Notes: generated by a model from the sequence alone, not told the origin. A stretch of DNA of 64,000 bases from Bacteroidia bacterium (GCA_025454875.1 JALONP010000009.1:65696-129695); one strand, 5' to 3'; counted from the first letter of the stretch, positions 9,485 to 19,742 are shown. A program made the numbers and translations.

Positions 9485-9703
9485 ATGAAAAAGTTAGTGT
9501 TGGAAATACCTGATGAAGCAAATGATTTTGATGTGAAGATGGCTGTTGGAGCAATGCTTTACGATAAAACGGTTTTAACAGCAGGTCAGGCTGCAGAATT
9601 TGTTGGAATTGATAAACGCACTTTCCTGGAAAGCTTAGGTAAATTTGGCGTTTCTATTTTTGGAGAATCTTCAGCAGACTTAAGTAACATCAAGATTGAA
9701 TAA
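9485..9703 (+). CDS. UPF0175-family antitoxin.
   Basis: 72-aa protein MKKLVLEIPDEANDFDVKMAVGAMLYDKTVLTAGQAAEFVGIDKRTFLESLGKFGV..., typical of UPF0175. Its stop overlaps the start of the downstream PIN-like gene. Confidence 0.6.
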   Translation: MKKLVLEIPDEANDFDVKMAVGAMLYDKTVLTAGQAAEFVGIDKRTFLESLGKFGVSIFGESSADLSNIKIE

Positions 9704-10151
9704 GACAGTAGTTACAGACACTAGTTGTTTAATCTCCTTGTCGCGAATAGATGCGTTGTTTATACTATATGAACTATTTGGTGTTGTTTTAATAACAAAT
9801 GAGGTATTAATGGAATTTGGTTCCAGTCTTCCTAATTGGGTTCAAATTCAAAATCCAAAAAATGTACACTTGTTTCAGCAATTGAACCAAAGCTTAGACA
9901 TTGGAGAGTCAAGCGCGATTTGTTTGGCTTATGAACAAAATGCCTTGTTAATTATTGACGAACGAAAGGGAAGAAATAAAGCAACCGAATTAAACCTTCA
10001 TTTAATTGGTACGCTGGGTGTATTAATATTAGCCAAACGAAAGGGGATAATTAAAGAAGTTAAGCCATTTTTAGATAAGCTAAAATCAAAAGGAATTTGG
10101 ATACACCCTACTATCACACATAAAATTTTAACAGAAGTTAACGAACTATAA
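9696..10151 (+). CDS. DUF3368 PIN-like nuclease toxin.
   Basis: N-terminal VVTDTSCLISL carries the PIN catalytic Asp. 151 aa. Apparent TTG start overlapping the antitoxin stop. Classic UPF0175/DUF3368 pairing. Confidence 0.6.
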   Translation: MNKTVVTDTSCLISLSRIDALFILYELFGVVLITNEVLMEFGSSLPNWVQIQNPKNVHLFQQLNQSLDIGESSAICLAYEQNALLIIDERKGRNKATELNLHLIGTLGVLILAKRKGIIKEVKPFLDKLKSKGIWIHPTITHKILTEVNEL

Positions 10152-10154
10152 TTT

Positions 10155-10604
10155 ATGAGCTTACAAGAACAAGTAAACAAAGACATTATTACGGCCATGA
10201 AGGCCAAAGATGAAAAAAGCCTGAGAGCCTTACGCGCACTCAAATCGGCATTGTTGCTTGCTGCAACTGCATCCGGAGCTAAAGACAATGTAGCAGATGA
10301 TGAGGCCATCAAACTCTTTCAAAAACTTGCCAAGCAACGCAAAGAGTCGATGGAAATTTTTATTCAAAATGGCCGAACCGAACTTGCCCAAACTGAGCAA
10401 GAAGAGTTGGAAGTAATTGAACGGTATTTACCTAAGCAGTTATCCGAAGAAGAAATCAAAACGGAACTTCAACAACTAATCACAAATGCTGGAGCTACAT
10501 CTGCTGCCGACTTCGGAAAGATAATGCCCCTTGCAATGAAACATTTTGCAGGACGTGCAGATGGAAAAGTTATTGGCGGTTTGGTGAAACAGCTTTTAGG
10601 ATAA
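10155..10604 (+). CDS. GatB/YqeY domain protein.
   Basis: 149 aa. The pattern ...DIITAMKAKDEKSLRALRALKSALL...RKESMEIFIQNGRTELAQTEQEELEVIERYLPKQLSEEEI... is typical of the YqeY family. Confidence 0.75.
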   Translation: MSLQEQVNKDIITAMKAKDEKSLRALRALKSALLLAATASGAKDNVADDEAIKLFQKLAKQRKESMEIFIQNGRTELAQTEQEELEVIERYLPKQLSEEEIKTELQQLITNAGATSAADFGKIMPLAMKHFAGRADGKVIGGLVKQLLG

Positions 10605-10773
10605 AAGAAGCAGCCGAACTTAAGCGGCAGATTGCGCTGATTAAAAAAGGAGAGAATTTAAAGGTGTTCTAACCTTCCGTAAATTATACCTTAATAACCT
10701 TGTAAAAAATCAATTAAAGTAATCTGTGGCTATTATTATTGAGCAGCAGTATGTAATTACCGATAATAAAAAT

Positions 10774-11481
10774 ATGACTGACGAAGAAAGAATAAAGAAG
10801 GCATTTGAGAAAAAGAACTGGCCCGAAATTAAAGTAACAGATAGTTGGGCTACGTTCAAAATTATGGCAGAGTTTGTTGAAGGTTTTGAAAAGATGAGCC
10901 GCATTGGTCCTTGTGTTTCCATTTTTGGTTCAGCTCGCACCAAACCTGAGAATCCATATTATGCGCTTGCCGAAGAAATTGCCCAAAAACTTGTACACGC
11001 TGGCTTTGGCGTAATCACTGGAGGTGGTCCCGGTATCATGGAAGCGGGTAACAAGGGTGCTTATGAAACAGGTGGAAAGTCGGTGGGACTGGGTATTGAA
11101 CTCCCTTTTGAGCAATTCGTAAACAAGTATGTTGATCGTGATAAAATGATTCACTTCGATTACTTTTTTGTACGCAAAGTAATGTTTATGAAATATGCTC
11201 AAGGCTTTGTGGCTATGCCTGGCGGACTTGGCACATTAGACGAACTTTTTGAAGCGCTTACCTTAATTCAAACACACAAAGTAGCGCGTTTTCCAGTTGT
11301 ACTTGTTGGGAGCGAATATTGGAAAGGTTTGTTGGATTGGATTCAAACAACCATGCTCGAAAAGGAAAAGAACATCAGCCCCGAAGATTTATTTCTCTTT
11401 AAACTTGTAGACACAGCCGATGATGCCGTGAATTATATTCTCGATTATTATGCCGACATGTCTATTAGTCCTAATTTTTAA
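10774..11481 (+). CDS. LOG-family protein (TIGR00730; cytokinin riboside 5'-monophosphate phosphoribohydrolase / Rossmann-fold nucleotide-binding).
   Basis: GGGPGIMEAGNKGA and PGGLGTLDELFE motifs. ATG at 10774; the listed ORF extends to a GTG at 10726. Confidence 0.75.
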   Translation: MTDEERIKKAFEKKNWPEIKVTDSWATFKIMAEFVEGFEKMSRIGPCVSIFGSARTKPENPYYALAEEIAQKLVHAGFGVITGGGPGIMEAGNKGAYETGGKSVGLGIELPFEQFVNKYVDRDKMIHFDYFFVRKVMFMKYAQGFVAMPGGLGTLDELFEALTLIQTHKVARFPVVLVGSEYWKGLLDWIQTTMLEKEKNISPEDLFLFKLVDTADDAVNYILDYYADMSISPNF

Positions 11482-11493
11482 AATGTATTGAGG

Positions 11494-11522
11494 GCGTGCC
11501 CTCCACTTTGTGGAGGTCGCGC
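11494..11522 (+). terminator. Hairpin(s) downstream of the LOG-family gene. Overlapping alternative stems GAGGGC/GCCCTC and CCTCCAC/GTGGAGG.
   Basis: gagggcgtgccctccactttgtggagg. There is no clean U-tract, so terminator function is uncertain. Confidence 0.3.
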
Positions 11523-11701
11523 TATCCGTTCCAATCTTTTGGAAACACAGTCCAACCCGCTTTATCCAAAAGGATTTTCACTGCTATCGCTCACGCATTT
11601 TACGAATCGCAGTGTTTAATTGTAGCTTATTTCTGAGGCAGCTACAACTTTTACTTGCTATTCATACCTAATTATATAGAAATTGCTTTTTTTTACCAAT
11701 T

Positions 11702-13960
11702 ATGTCAACACTCAAAGAAGACGCATTAAAATACCATAGCAAAGGCCGCCCAGGCAAAATAGAGGTAGTTCCTACCAAACCAACCAATACCAAACGCGAT
11801 CTAAGTTTGGCATACTCACCCGGGGTTGCAGAGCCCTGTTTAGAAATTGCTGCCAATGTGGATGATGTATACAAATACACCGCCAAAGGAAACTTGGTTG
11901 CAGTAATCTCAAACGGTACTGCGGTGCTAGGATTAGGTGATATTGGGCCAGAGGCATCAAAGCCGGTAATGGAAGGAAAAGGAGTATTGTTTAAAATTTT
12001 TGCAGATATCGATGTGTTCGATATTGAAGTAAATGCAAAAGATACCGAAGAATTTATCCGCACGGTTAAAAATATCAGTCCTACTTTTGGTGGAATTAAC
12101 TTAGAAGATATCAAAGCACCTGAATGCTTTGAAATTGAGCAACGTTTAAAAGAAGAGTTGGATATTCCAATTATGCACGATGACCAACATGGAACGGCAA
12201 TTATTGTAGGTGCGGCATTAATCAATGGATTGGAGTTGGTTAAGAAAAAGATAAGCGAGGTACGTGTTGTTTTTAACGGAGCAGGTGCTTCGGCAATTTC
12301 ATGTGCCAAACTGGTGATGTCGTTGGGCGTTCAGCCACAAAACCTTGTAATGTGTGATAGCAAAGGTGTTATTCGTAAAGACAATCCGAATTTAGACGAT
12401 ACTAAAAAACAGTTTGCAACAAACCTTGATTTACGCACACTTGAAGATGCACTCAAAGGAGCAGATGTTTTTGTTGGATTATCAAAAGCAAATGTTGTAA
12501 GCCAAGAGATGGTGCGCAGCATGGCCAAAGATTGTATGGTATTTGCCCTTGCCAATCCTGACCCCGAAATTTCATACGAAGAAGCAGTTGCTTCACGTAA
12601 GGATATCATTATTGCTACTGGCCGAAGCGACCATCCGAACCAAGTAAATAATGTGCTGGGTTTCCCTTATATCTTTAGAGGTGCACTTGATGTGCGTGCC
12701 ACTAAAATTAACGAGGAAATGAAAATTGCGGCAGTGCACGCACTGGCTGAGCTTACCAAAGAGCCTGTACCTGAAATTGTAAATATGGCATACAATGAAA
12801 AGGCGCTTACTTTTGGCCGCACTTACCTTATTCCAAAACCACTTGATCCGCGTTTAATCACCACCGTTTCGCCAGCAGTTGCCAGGGCTGCAATGGAAAG
12901 TGGTGTGGCCAAGCATCCAATAACTGATTGGGAAGCTTACCATAACGAGTTGTTGGTGCGCCTCGGCAAGGAGAGCAACTTTATCAGGGTAATGGGTAAC
13001 AAAGCCCGTAGCAATCCAAAACGTGTCGTATTTGCCGAAGCAGATAACTATAAAATTTTACGCGCTGCCCAAGTAGTAAAAGAAGAAGGAATTGCCATTC
13101 CAATTTTATTGGGTAACAAGGCAAAAATTGAAAGCATCATTCAAGAGAACAATATTCAGTTAGAAGGCGTTCAAATTATTGATCCGCTTGAAGAGCATAA
13201 CAAACGCGAACAGTACGCAACACTGTTCTATGAGCGCAGGCAGCGCAAAGGGCTAACTTTATATGAGGCAAACAAACTCATGCGCGACCGCAACCATTAT
13301 GCTCCTATGATGGTAGACCAAGGTGAAGCCGATGCAATGATTTCAGGGTTAACCAAAAATTACCCAAGTACCATTAAGCCGGCACTTCAAATTTTGGGTA
13401 AAGAAGAAGGCATTGATAAAGTAGCAGGTATGTACGTGTTGTTAAGCAACAAAGGAACATTGTTTTTTGCCGACACCACGGTAAATATTAACCCCAACAC
13501 CCAAGACATAGTTGACATCACAAAACTTACCTATGATGCTGTAAAGAAGTTTAATGTTAAGCCACGTATTGCCTTGCTTTCATATTCTAACTTTGGTTCT
13601 GCTGATGGCGAAACTCCTCGTAAAATGTCAGAGGCCCGCAGCATCTTAAAAGAAAAATATCCTTTTATGGTGGTTGATGGTGATTTGCAAGCCAATATTG
13701 CACTTAACCAAAAAATGCTGCAAGAGAATTTCCCATTCAGTGAACTTTGTGGTGAGCCAGTTAATACCTTCATTTTACCAAACCTTGCTTCGGGTAATAT
13801 TGCATATAAAATGTTGCAGGAGTTAGGTGCTGCCGAAGCCATTGGGCCTGTGCTATTAGGTTTGAAAAAGTCAGCTCATATTTTGCAATTGGGCAGCAGT
13901 GTACGCGAAATTGTGAATATGGTAATTGTTGCTGTTGTTGATGCACAAAGCAAGGAGTAG
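11702..13960 (+). CDS. maeB: NADP-dependent malic enzyme (malic enzyme domain fused to a phosphotransacetylase-like domain).
   Basis: 752 aa. N-terminal ...LSLAYSPGVAEPCLEIA...NGTAVLGLGDIGPEASKPVMEGKGVLFK... malic-enzyme motifs plus a C-terminal PTA-like domain. Confidence 0.9.
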   Translation: MSTLKEDALKYHSKGRPGKIEVVPTKPTNTKRDLSLAYSPGVAEPCLEIAANVDDVYKYTAKGNLVAVISNGTAVLGLGDIGPEASKPVMEGKGVLFKIFADIDVFDIEVNAKDTEEFIRTVKNISPTFGGINLEDIKAPECFEIEQRLKEELDIPIMHDDQHGTAIIVGAALINGLELVKKKISEVRVVFNGAGASAISCAKLVMSLGVQPQNLVMCDSKGVIRKDNPNLDDTKKQFATNLDLRTLEDALKGADVFVGLSKANVVSQEMVRSMAKDCMVFALANPDPEISYEEAVASRKDIIIATGRSDHPNQVNNVLGFPYIFRGALDVRATKINEEMKIAAVHALAELTKEPVPEIVNMAYNEKALTFGRTYLIPKPLDPRLITTVSPAVARAAMESGVAKHPITDWEAYHNELLVRLGKESNFIRVMGNKARSNPKRVVFAEADNYKILRAAQVVKEEGIAIPILLGNKAKIESIIQENNIQLEGVQIIDPLEEHNKREQYATLFYERRQRKGLTLYEANKLMRDRNHYAPMMVDQGEADAMISGLTKNYPSTIKPALQILGKEEGIDKVAGMYVLLSNKGTLFFADTTVNINPNTQDIVDITKLTYDAVKKFNVKPRIALLSYSNFGSADGETPRKMSEARSILKEKYPFMVVDGDLQANIALNQKMLQENFPFSELCGEPVNTFILPNLASGNIAYKMLQELGAAEAIGPVLLGLKKSAHILQLGSSVREIVNMVIVAVVDAQSKE

Positions 13961-13976
13961 CTGTATTTATTAATTT

Positions 13977-14558
13977 ATGAATGCAACAATGGGTATCGCT
14001 CTTGAAGCAGTAAGCGCAGGTTGCAGCATCTTGTATAGTTTGTTCCTGATGCGCGAACAAAAGTTGGGATGGTTGTTCGGAATTGTTTCTGCTGTATTAA
14101 GTGGTGTACTTTTTTTGCACACAAAGCTGTATGCCCAATCCGCAATCCAATTGTATTTTGTGGCCATTGGTGTATACGGTTGGTTGTACTGGAGCAAAGC
14201 AGAAAAACGCAATGAACATATTCATAAATGGCCTCATACAAATCATGCTTGGGCCATTGCGGGTTGCACCCTCGTTTCATTTGTGGTAGCACGTTTTTTT
14301 ATTCTATACACTGATTCGCCATTTCCCATTCTTGATTCTACACTTACTGTTTTTGGCTTACTTGCATCTGTAAAAGAAGCACGTAAGGTACTTAGCAGTT
14401 GGCTGTATTGGCTTGTTATTAATATTGGATCTGCCGTATTGTATGCCCAGCAGCAGCTTTACCTTTATGCCATTTTAATGGCTGTTTACGCTCTTATATG
14501 CATTCCTGGTTATATCAGTTGGTTGCGTATTTACCAAAACCAACACACTAAGGCTTAA
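13977..14558 (+). CDS. pnuC: Nicotinamide riboside transporter PnuC.
   Basis: 193 aa, polytopic. W/Y-rich motifs (GWLYWSK, WLYWLVINIGS) are typical of PnuC. Confidence 0.7.
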   Translation: MNATMGIALEAVSAGCSILYSLFLMREQKLGWLFGIVSAVLSGVLFLHTKLYAQSAIQLYFVAIGVYGWLYWSKAEKRNEHIHKWPHTNHAWAIAGCTLVSFVVARFFILYTDSPFPILDSTLTVFGLLASVKEARKVLSSWLYWLVINIGSAVLYAQQQLYLYAILMAVYALICIPGYISWLRIYQNQHTKA

Positions 14559-15660
14559 GTTTAATAATGCAGCTCAACATTTTGTGATCGCTGAACTCAA
14601 ACGCTTTTGCATAGTAATTATAGGATGCAAATGTTGGGTCGTGCAAAATATAGTCTATTCTAAAAGAGGGCATTGTGCCAACATAGGTGCGGCCCAAGCC
14701 CGATCCTGATTCCATAAATGCATCTTTCATTTTGCCTTTTACCGTTCGGTAAGCATAGGAGGCAGGAGAGTCATTAAAATCACCACAAACAATTACTTTA
14801 TAGGGAGAGTTTTCGATAAAGTCGCGAACAACCCTTGATTGCCTTGCGCGCATTTCAAAAGCAACTTTTAACTTGCGGGTAATATTGGTAAAGCGTGTAA
14901 GTGTAGAGTCATCAGGTGAGCGAATACTTTTGATAGCTTTGTAATCAGGCTCTTCAAACTTAATGGATTGCAAGTGTGTATTTACAATGCGGATGGTATC
15001 TCCATAAGCAACAATATCTGCATAAATGGTGAAGTTGGCTGATTGCGGATCATGCTCAACTAAACCTGAATCAATAATGGGGAAACGACTTAGTATAACC
15101 ATAATCTCTCCATTGCGATTGCCTCTGTCATCAATGCGCATATTGTACGAATGGTATTTTTTTACCTTTTTAAACAAGCGCTTATATCCATCTTTCTCAA
15201 TCGGGCTGTATAAGTTCTTGCATTCCTGTAAGCAAAGTATATCCGGATTTACTTTATCATAGATGTCGAAAAACTTATCTGTTTCTTGTAACTTTTTTCC
15301 ATCAAATGCGCCAAAGTACTTCATGTTAAAGTTTAACAACATGATGGAATTGCTACGATCTTCAATTTTACTTGCTTTGATTTGCAGGTAACCGGGTATT
15401 AAGCTCCAACCTAAAAGCAATGCGATAAAGGAATGTAAAAAGCGAAGTTTGAAAGTAACAATCCAATAAAGCATAAATAAGATGTTTATACCAACCCAAA
15501 CGGGGTAGGCAAGCCCTAAAAATGCGATAGGCCAATACCATTCAGGGCTTATATACCTGGCAGTATAACTCAACAACAAGGCTAAAATAGCAAACCCATT
15601 TAGCGCAAAAACCACACGATTAAGCACAAACATCATTTGTTGGCAAATTAAAATGGCCAA
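14548..15660 (-). CDS. Endonuclease/exonuclease/phosphatase (EEP) family protein with N-terminal transmembrane segments.
   Basis: N-terminal hydrophobic helices. The EEP-like core has DILCLQE, IVCGDFND and SDH motifs. Confidence 0.6.
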   Translation of the reverse strand: MAILICQQMMFVLNRVVFALNGFAILALLLSYTARYISPEWYWPIAFLGLAYPVWVGINILFMLYWIVTFKLRFLHSFIALLLGWSLIPGYLQIKASKIEDRSNSIMLLNFNMKYFGAFDGKKLQETDKFFDIYDKVNPDILCLQECKNLYSPIEKDGYKRLFKKVKKYHSYNMRIDDRGNRNGEIMVILSRFPIIDSGLVEHDPQSANFTIYADIVAYGDTIRIVNTHLQSIKFEEPDYKAIKSIRSPDDSTLTRFTNITRKLKVAFEMRARQSRVVRDFIENSPYKVIVCGDFNDSPASYAYRTVKGKMKDAFMESGSGLGRTYVGTMPSFRIDYILHDPTFASYNYYAKAFEFSDHKMLSCIIKLKP

Positions 15661-15708
15661 GGTTATGAACCCAAATTGTGAAGGTGTTTTTAGTCATTTT
15701 TTGCAGCA

Positions 15709-16569
15709 CTAAGATTGTTCATTGCTGGCTTTAAACAATCGTTCTTTATCTCTTTTACTTAAACTATCATAACCTGATTTGGCTATTTTATCTAAAATCA
15801 AATCAATTTCTTCTTCGCTTGGTTTGTCGTTTTGAATATTTGTATTGCGTGAGTATATCCGAAGTTTTGATTTGGGGGTAAACCATTTTCGAATAAATGC
15901 AGGGAATATATAATTGCTTTGGTAAAGGTATTTGATGTATACCAAACCAAATAAAGCACCACCTAAATGTGCTATATGGCCACCTGCATTGCCTTGCGGA
16001 ATGCCAATCACATCTAAAAGCACAGTGATGATTGCAATATATTTAAGTCTCACGGTACCAAAAAACAGCAGTTGAATGGGATAATTTGGCAATAAGGTAG
16101 CGGCAGCAACCACAACACCAAGCACACCAGCCGAAGCCCCAAGAGCGTAAGTGCTTGCAACCATTGGTGCAAATACTGGGAACAAATTCATGCAAAGTAA
16201 AAACAAAACTGCACCGGCCAAACCACCACCAAAGTAGGCTTGGTATACTTTGTTGTGGCCAATATACTCTTGTAAAAGCTTCCCTAGCCAATAAAGCCAA
16301 AGCATGTTAAACAACAAGTGTAAAAAACCGTCATGTAAAAACATGTAGGTAACAATGCTCCAAGGTTGTGTTAACAATGCTCCTAATTGCGCTGGCAAGT
16401 ACACATAACGAAGCGCGCTATCTACCACGTCCGATTGGAATCCTCCTAAAAAAAACACCACATTTACAAGGGCAACACATACAAATACCACCACATTTAC
16501 CGCAATAATTTTGTGAATTGCGCTATTTGTTTTGTTGAGTTGGTATCGGAGTTCATTATATAGGTTCAT
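15709..16569 (-). CDS. Rhomboid-family intramembrane serine protease.
   Basis: Polytopic. GASAGVLG (GxSG catalytic Ser) and AHLGGALFG (catalytic His) are present. Confidence 0.75.
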   Translation of the reverse strand: MNLYNELRYQLNKTNSAIHKIIAVNVVVFVCVALVNVVFFLGGFQSDVVDSALRYVYLPAQLGALLTQPWSIVTYMFLHDGFLHLLFNMLWLYWLGKLLQEYIGHNKVYQAYFGGGLAGAVLFLLCMNLFPVFAPMVASTYALGASAGVLGVVVAAATLLPNYPIQLLFFGTVRLKYIAIITVLLDVIGIPQGNAGGHIAHLGGALFGLVYIKYLYQSNYIFPAFIRKWFTPKSKLRIYSRNTNIQNDKPSEEEIDLILDKIAKSGYDSLSKRDKERLFKASNEQS

Positions 16570-16572
16570 GCG

Positions 16573-17400
16573 TTAGTAAAACGAATTACGGTTGTTTTTA
16601 TTCCAGTATTTAATCAATAAAAATCCAAACAACATTCCACCCAAATGTGCAAAATGAGCCACATTGTCTGTTGGGTTATTTGCAAATCCTTGATATAGTT
16701 CTAAGGCGCCATAACCTATTACAAAATATTTAGCTTTAATAGGTATGGGAAGAAACAGCAGCAATAACTCGGTATTTGGAAACAACATCCCAAATGCGAG
16801 TAACAAGCCAAAAACCGCGCCCGATGCGCCCACCGTAGGAACATTCAGTTTGCGCTGCAACAGTGCATCTGCAATTTCGAAAGAGCCTTGTATGTATTGG
16901 CTATTATTGGGTTGCGCTTGCCACTCTGCCATAAACTGGTGTACATAGTTGTTGGATACTAACCCACGATCGGTCTGAATCAATTGCGCAAATGCATCAA
17001 TTGATGGTTGTGCAGTGTAAGTAGCAATTGCATTTTTTATCGAAGCAATTTCGATGGCATTTACCCCAAGGTGCAATGCGGCAGCACCCAATGCGGTAGC
17101 AAAATAATAAATGAAAAACCGTTTGGGTCCCCAATAGTTCTCAAGCACGTTGCCAAACATCCACAACGAAAACATATTAAAAAAGAGATGCGCAAAATTT
17201 CCATGCATAAATACATGGGTGATGAGTTGGTAGGGTTTAAATAAAGATGATTCGGGATAATAAAGTCCTGCTGCATGGTTAAGGTTAAAATCAAAACGCA
17301 TTTCGAGCACTAACCCTGCAAGAAAACACAATCCATTAATGATGAGCAAGTTTTTAACCACAGGAGGCAGTACCGAAAAACCCGAACGAAATGAACTCAT
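16573..17400 (-). CDS. Rhomboid-family intramembrane serine protease (second, tandem).
   Basis: GASGAVFGLL and AHLGGMLFGF motifs. 3 nt downstream of the first rhomboid in the same orientation. Confidence 0.75.
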   Translation of the reverse strand: MSSFRSGFSVLPPVVKNLLIINGLCFLAGLVLEMRFDFNLNHAAGLYYPESSLFKPYQLITHVFMHGNFAHLFFNMFSLWMFGNVLENYWGPKRFFIYYFATALGAAALHLGVNAIEIASIKNAIATYTAQPSIDAFAQLIQTDRGLVSNNYVHQFMAEWQAQPNNSQYIQGSFEIADALLQRKLNVPTVGASGAVFGLLLAFGMLFPNTELLLLFLPIPIKAKYFVIGYGALELYQGFANNPTDNVAHFAHLGGMLFGFLLIKYWNKNNRNSFY

Positions 17401-17420
17401 AAAAAAGTTGACTGATAAGG

Positions 17421-17460
17421 TTCAAAAATAAAAAATAGCTGCCATCATTGGGCAGCTATT
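17421..17460 (-). terminator. Rho-independent terminator downstream of rpoD.
   Basis: 10-bp perfect stem AATAGCTGCC/GGCAGCTATT with a 7-nt loop. On the minus strand it is followed by TTTTTTATTTTT. Confidence 0.55.
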
Positions 17461-17493
17461 TCAAGTAAGTTATGTACAAATCAGGTAATAAAA

Positions 17494-18357
17494 TTAACCT
17501 AAGTACGCTTTTAGAATTTTGCTTTTTGATGATTTACGTAACCTGCGCAATGCTTTTTCTTTAATCTGACGCACGCGTTCGCGGGTAAGGCCAATTTTTT
17601 CACTGATATCTTCCAGTGTATGCGCTGGGCCACCATCTAAACCATAGTAAAACTTCAACACATCTTTTTCTTTTTCAGACAAAGTAGAAATCACGCGGTT
17701 AATTTCTTTTTGAAGTGATTCATTAATTAATTGTACATCTGGGCGCGGTTCATCGTTACTATCCAATATTCCCAACAAGGTATTGTCTTCACCATCGGTT
17801 AAAGGCGCATCAATTGATAAGTGGCGGCCAGTAGAACGCAAGGCGTTTTCAACTTCTTGAATTGGAATATCCATTTCCAAGGCAATTTCTTCAACGGTTG
17901 GTTCACGTTCGAAACGTTGTTCCAATTTAGCAGCGGTGCTACCAATACGGCCAATTGAACCTACCTTATTTAAAGGCAAACGCACTATACGTGATTGGTC
18001 TGCCAATGCTTGTAAAATAGATTGGCGAATCCACCATACTGCGTACGAAATAAATTTAAAACCACGTGTTTCATCAAAACGTTTGGCAGCTTTAATTAAA
18101 CCAAGGTTTCCTTCGTTAATCAAATCGCCCAAGGTAAGGCCTTGGTTTTGGTATTGTTTTGATACCGAAACCACAAAACGTAAATTGGCATTTACAAGGC
18201 GCTCCAAGGCTACTTGGTCTCCTTCTCTAATTCTTCGTGCCAATTCTACCTCTTCTTGGGCATCAATCATTGGCACTTTGCTTATTTCGTTCAGATATTT
18301 ATCTAGAGACTTGCTTTCGCGGTTGGTAAACTGTTTACTGATTTTGAGCTGACGCAT
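17494..18357 (-). CDS. rpoD: RNA polymerase primary sigma factor (sigma-70 family, Bacteroidota short form).
   Basis: 287 aa. Regions 2-4 are recognisable ([11 protein letters not shown]..., [28 protein letters not shown], helix-turn-helix [19 protein letters not shown]). Confidence 0.9.
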   Translation of the reverse strand: MRQLKISKQFTNRESKSLDKYLNEISKVPMIDAQEEVELARRIREGDQVALERLVNANLRFVVSVSKQYQNQGLTLGDLINEGNLGLIKAAKRFDETRGFKFISYAVWWIRQSILQALADQSRIVRLPLNKVGSIGRIGSTAAKLEQRFEREPTVEEIALEMDIPIQEVENALRSTGRHLSIDAPLTDGEDNTLLGILDSNDEPRPDVQLINESLQKEINRVISTLSEKEKDVLKFYYGLDGGPAHTLEDISEKIGLTRERVRQIKEKALRRLRKSSKSKILKAYLG

Positions 18358-18615
18358 ATATACTTAATAACTCTCTTGTTTTTAAAAGGATTGCGAATTT
18401 CAAGAAAAGTTAACGCATTTTTACACAAAGTCAAGTAAAACCTTGTAAGTGTATAGTTTACAGTTTGTTATAAAGAATGATAAGTATCAACCCAAGAAAC
18501 AGAATCTTTGGCGGGGTGTTTGTGTGGCAAGGCTCTTCTTGTAATAATGTAAGTGGGCAAAGCTTGGAATAGGTAAAATCAAGGTATCTTGGCTGCCAAC
18601 TTAAAACCATTCTTT

Positions 18616-18954
18616 ATGTATCCTCCTTGCCCTAAATGTAAATCGGAACACACATACGAGTTGGATCATTTGTATGCATGCGCAGAATGTGCCTATGAGT
18701 GGTTGCCAGCTGGTTTAGCGGATGAAAAAATAGAAGCCGAAACTGTTGTGAAGGATAGCAACGGCAATGTATTGCAAAATGGTGACTCAGTAGTGGTAAT
18801 TAAAAACTTGCCTGTTAAAGGTTATGCAAAGGATATTAAGATAGGAACCAAAGTAAAAAATATCAAATTGGTTGAAGGGGATCACAATATTGATTGCAAA
18901 ATTGAGGGGTTTGGCTCTATGGCACTAAAATCGGAGTTTGTGCGGAAGGCGTAA
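18616..18954 (+). CDS. phnA: PhnA/YjdC zinc-ribbon protein.
   Basis: [15 protein letters not shown]...CAECAYEW...IKNLPVKG...[37 protein letters not shown] closely parallels E. coli PhnA. ATG at 18616. Confidence 0.85.
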   Translation: MYPPCPKCKSEHTYELDHLYACAECAYEWLPAGLADEKIEAETVVKDSNGNVLQNGDSVVVIKNLPVKGYAKDIKIGTKVKNIKLVEGDHNIDCKIEGFGSMALKSEFVRKA

Positions 18955-18971
18955 GCCCACTTTTTTATAGA

Positions 18972-19742
18972 TTGCAAAGTGAATCATCAATGAAGCATTC
19001 TTTGTTCATATTCATCGTGTTTTTTACCATTAGCGATAAGGCACTTGCCCAGCAAATGGAAGCTGTTTATGCTGGAGGCTATTATGTAATACAAAATAAA
19101 GTACCCTTTAGAAAAGGGGATTCAATTTTTTGTAACAGTTCTACCATGCCTGATCGAATTGTACTAGACTCCACTAAAAAAATGATTGCAAAGAAGGTAA
19201 GCAATCCTTTTGGATATGTGTATTATGAATGGAAAAGGAAAGATGGTTTAAAGACGTTTGAAGATATTGTTATTTCCTCAGCCGCATTTCGCGAGGTGGT
19301 TTTTTATACTGATAGTGGGACAATTAGGCCAGACCAATTTAATACCAACAATCTTGGTGAGATATCTTATTTTAAAGGGCTAACAAATCCTAAAAAGCGT
19401 TACAATGCATTCAACTCTGCTAAACAAATCTTAGTTCAACTTCCTCAGCATTCTGTAGACTCAGTTGTTAAACGGTACAATATCTCTAAACATAAATTAC
19501 TTCCTAAAACTGAGTGGTATACTGCATTTAATTATTACGAATCTGGACACTTACAATCAACAGGCTTATTGGTAAAAGGCTTAAATGATAAAAAGCAAAT
19601 GGGACAAGAAAAGCAGAACCATTCTTTGAAGGATCAAAAACCACCAAGCAATTGTTATACTATTGGTGAGTGGTTGTATTTTGATGAAGTTGGGAAACAG
19701 TTTTACAAAGAGATCTTGACCGAGCTAAAGTTGATGAGGTGA
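18972..19742 (+). CDS. Secreted MORN-variant repeat protein (YwqK-like).
   Basis: Signal-like N-terminus. Repeats of the GEWxxYxExG / TEWYTAFNYYESGHLQSTG type. Confidence 0.4.
   Translation: MQSESSMKHSLFIFIVFFTISDKALAQQMEAVYAGGYYVIQNKVPFRKGDSIFCNSSTMPDRIVLDSTKKMIAKKVSNPFGYVYYEWKRKDGLKTFEDIVISSAAFREVVFYTDSGTIRPDQFNTNNLGEISYFKGLTNPKKRYNAFNSAKQILVQLPQHSVDSVVKRYNISKHKLLPKTEWYTAFNYYESGHLQSTGLLVKGLNDKKQMGQEKQNHSLKDQKPPSNCYTIGEWLYFDEVGKQFYKEILTELKLMR

Noticed and set aside
10726-10773. Upstream GTG extension of the LOG-family gene (MAIIIEQQYVITDNKN...).
   Set aside because: The ATG at 10774 gives a conventional N-terminus. The extension adds a hydrophobic, non-conserved-looking segment.
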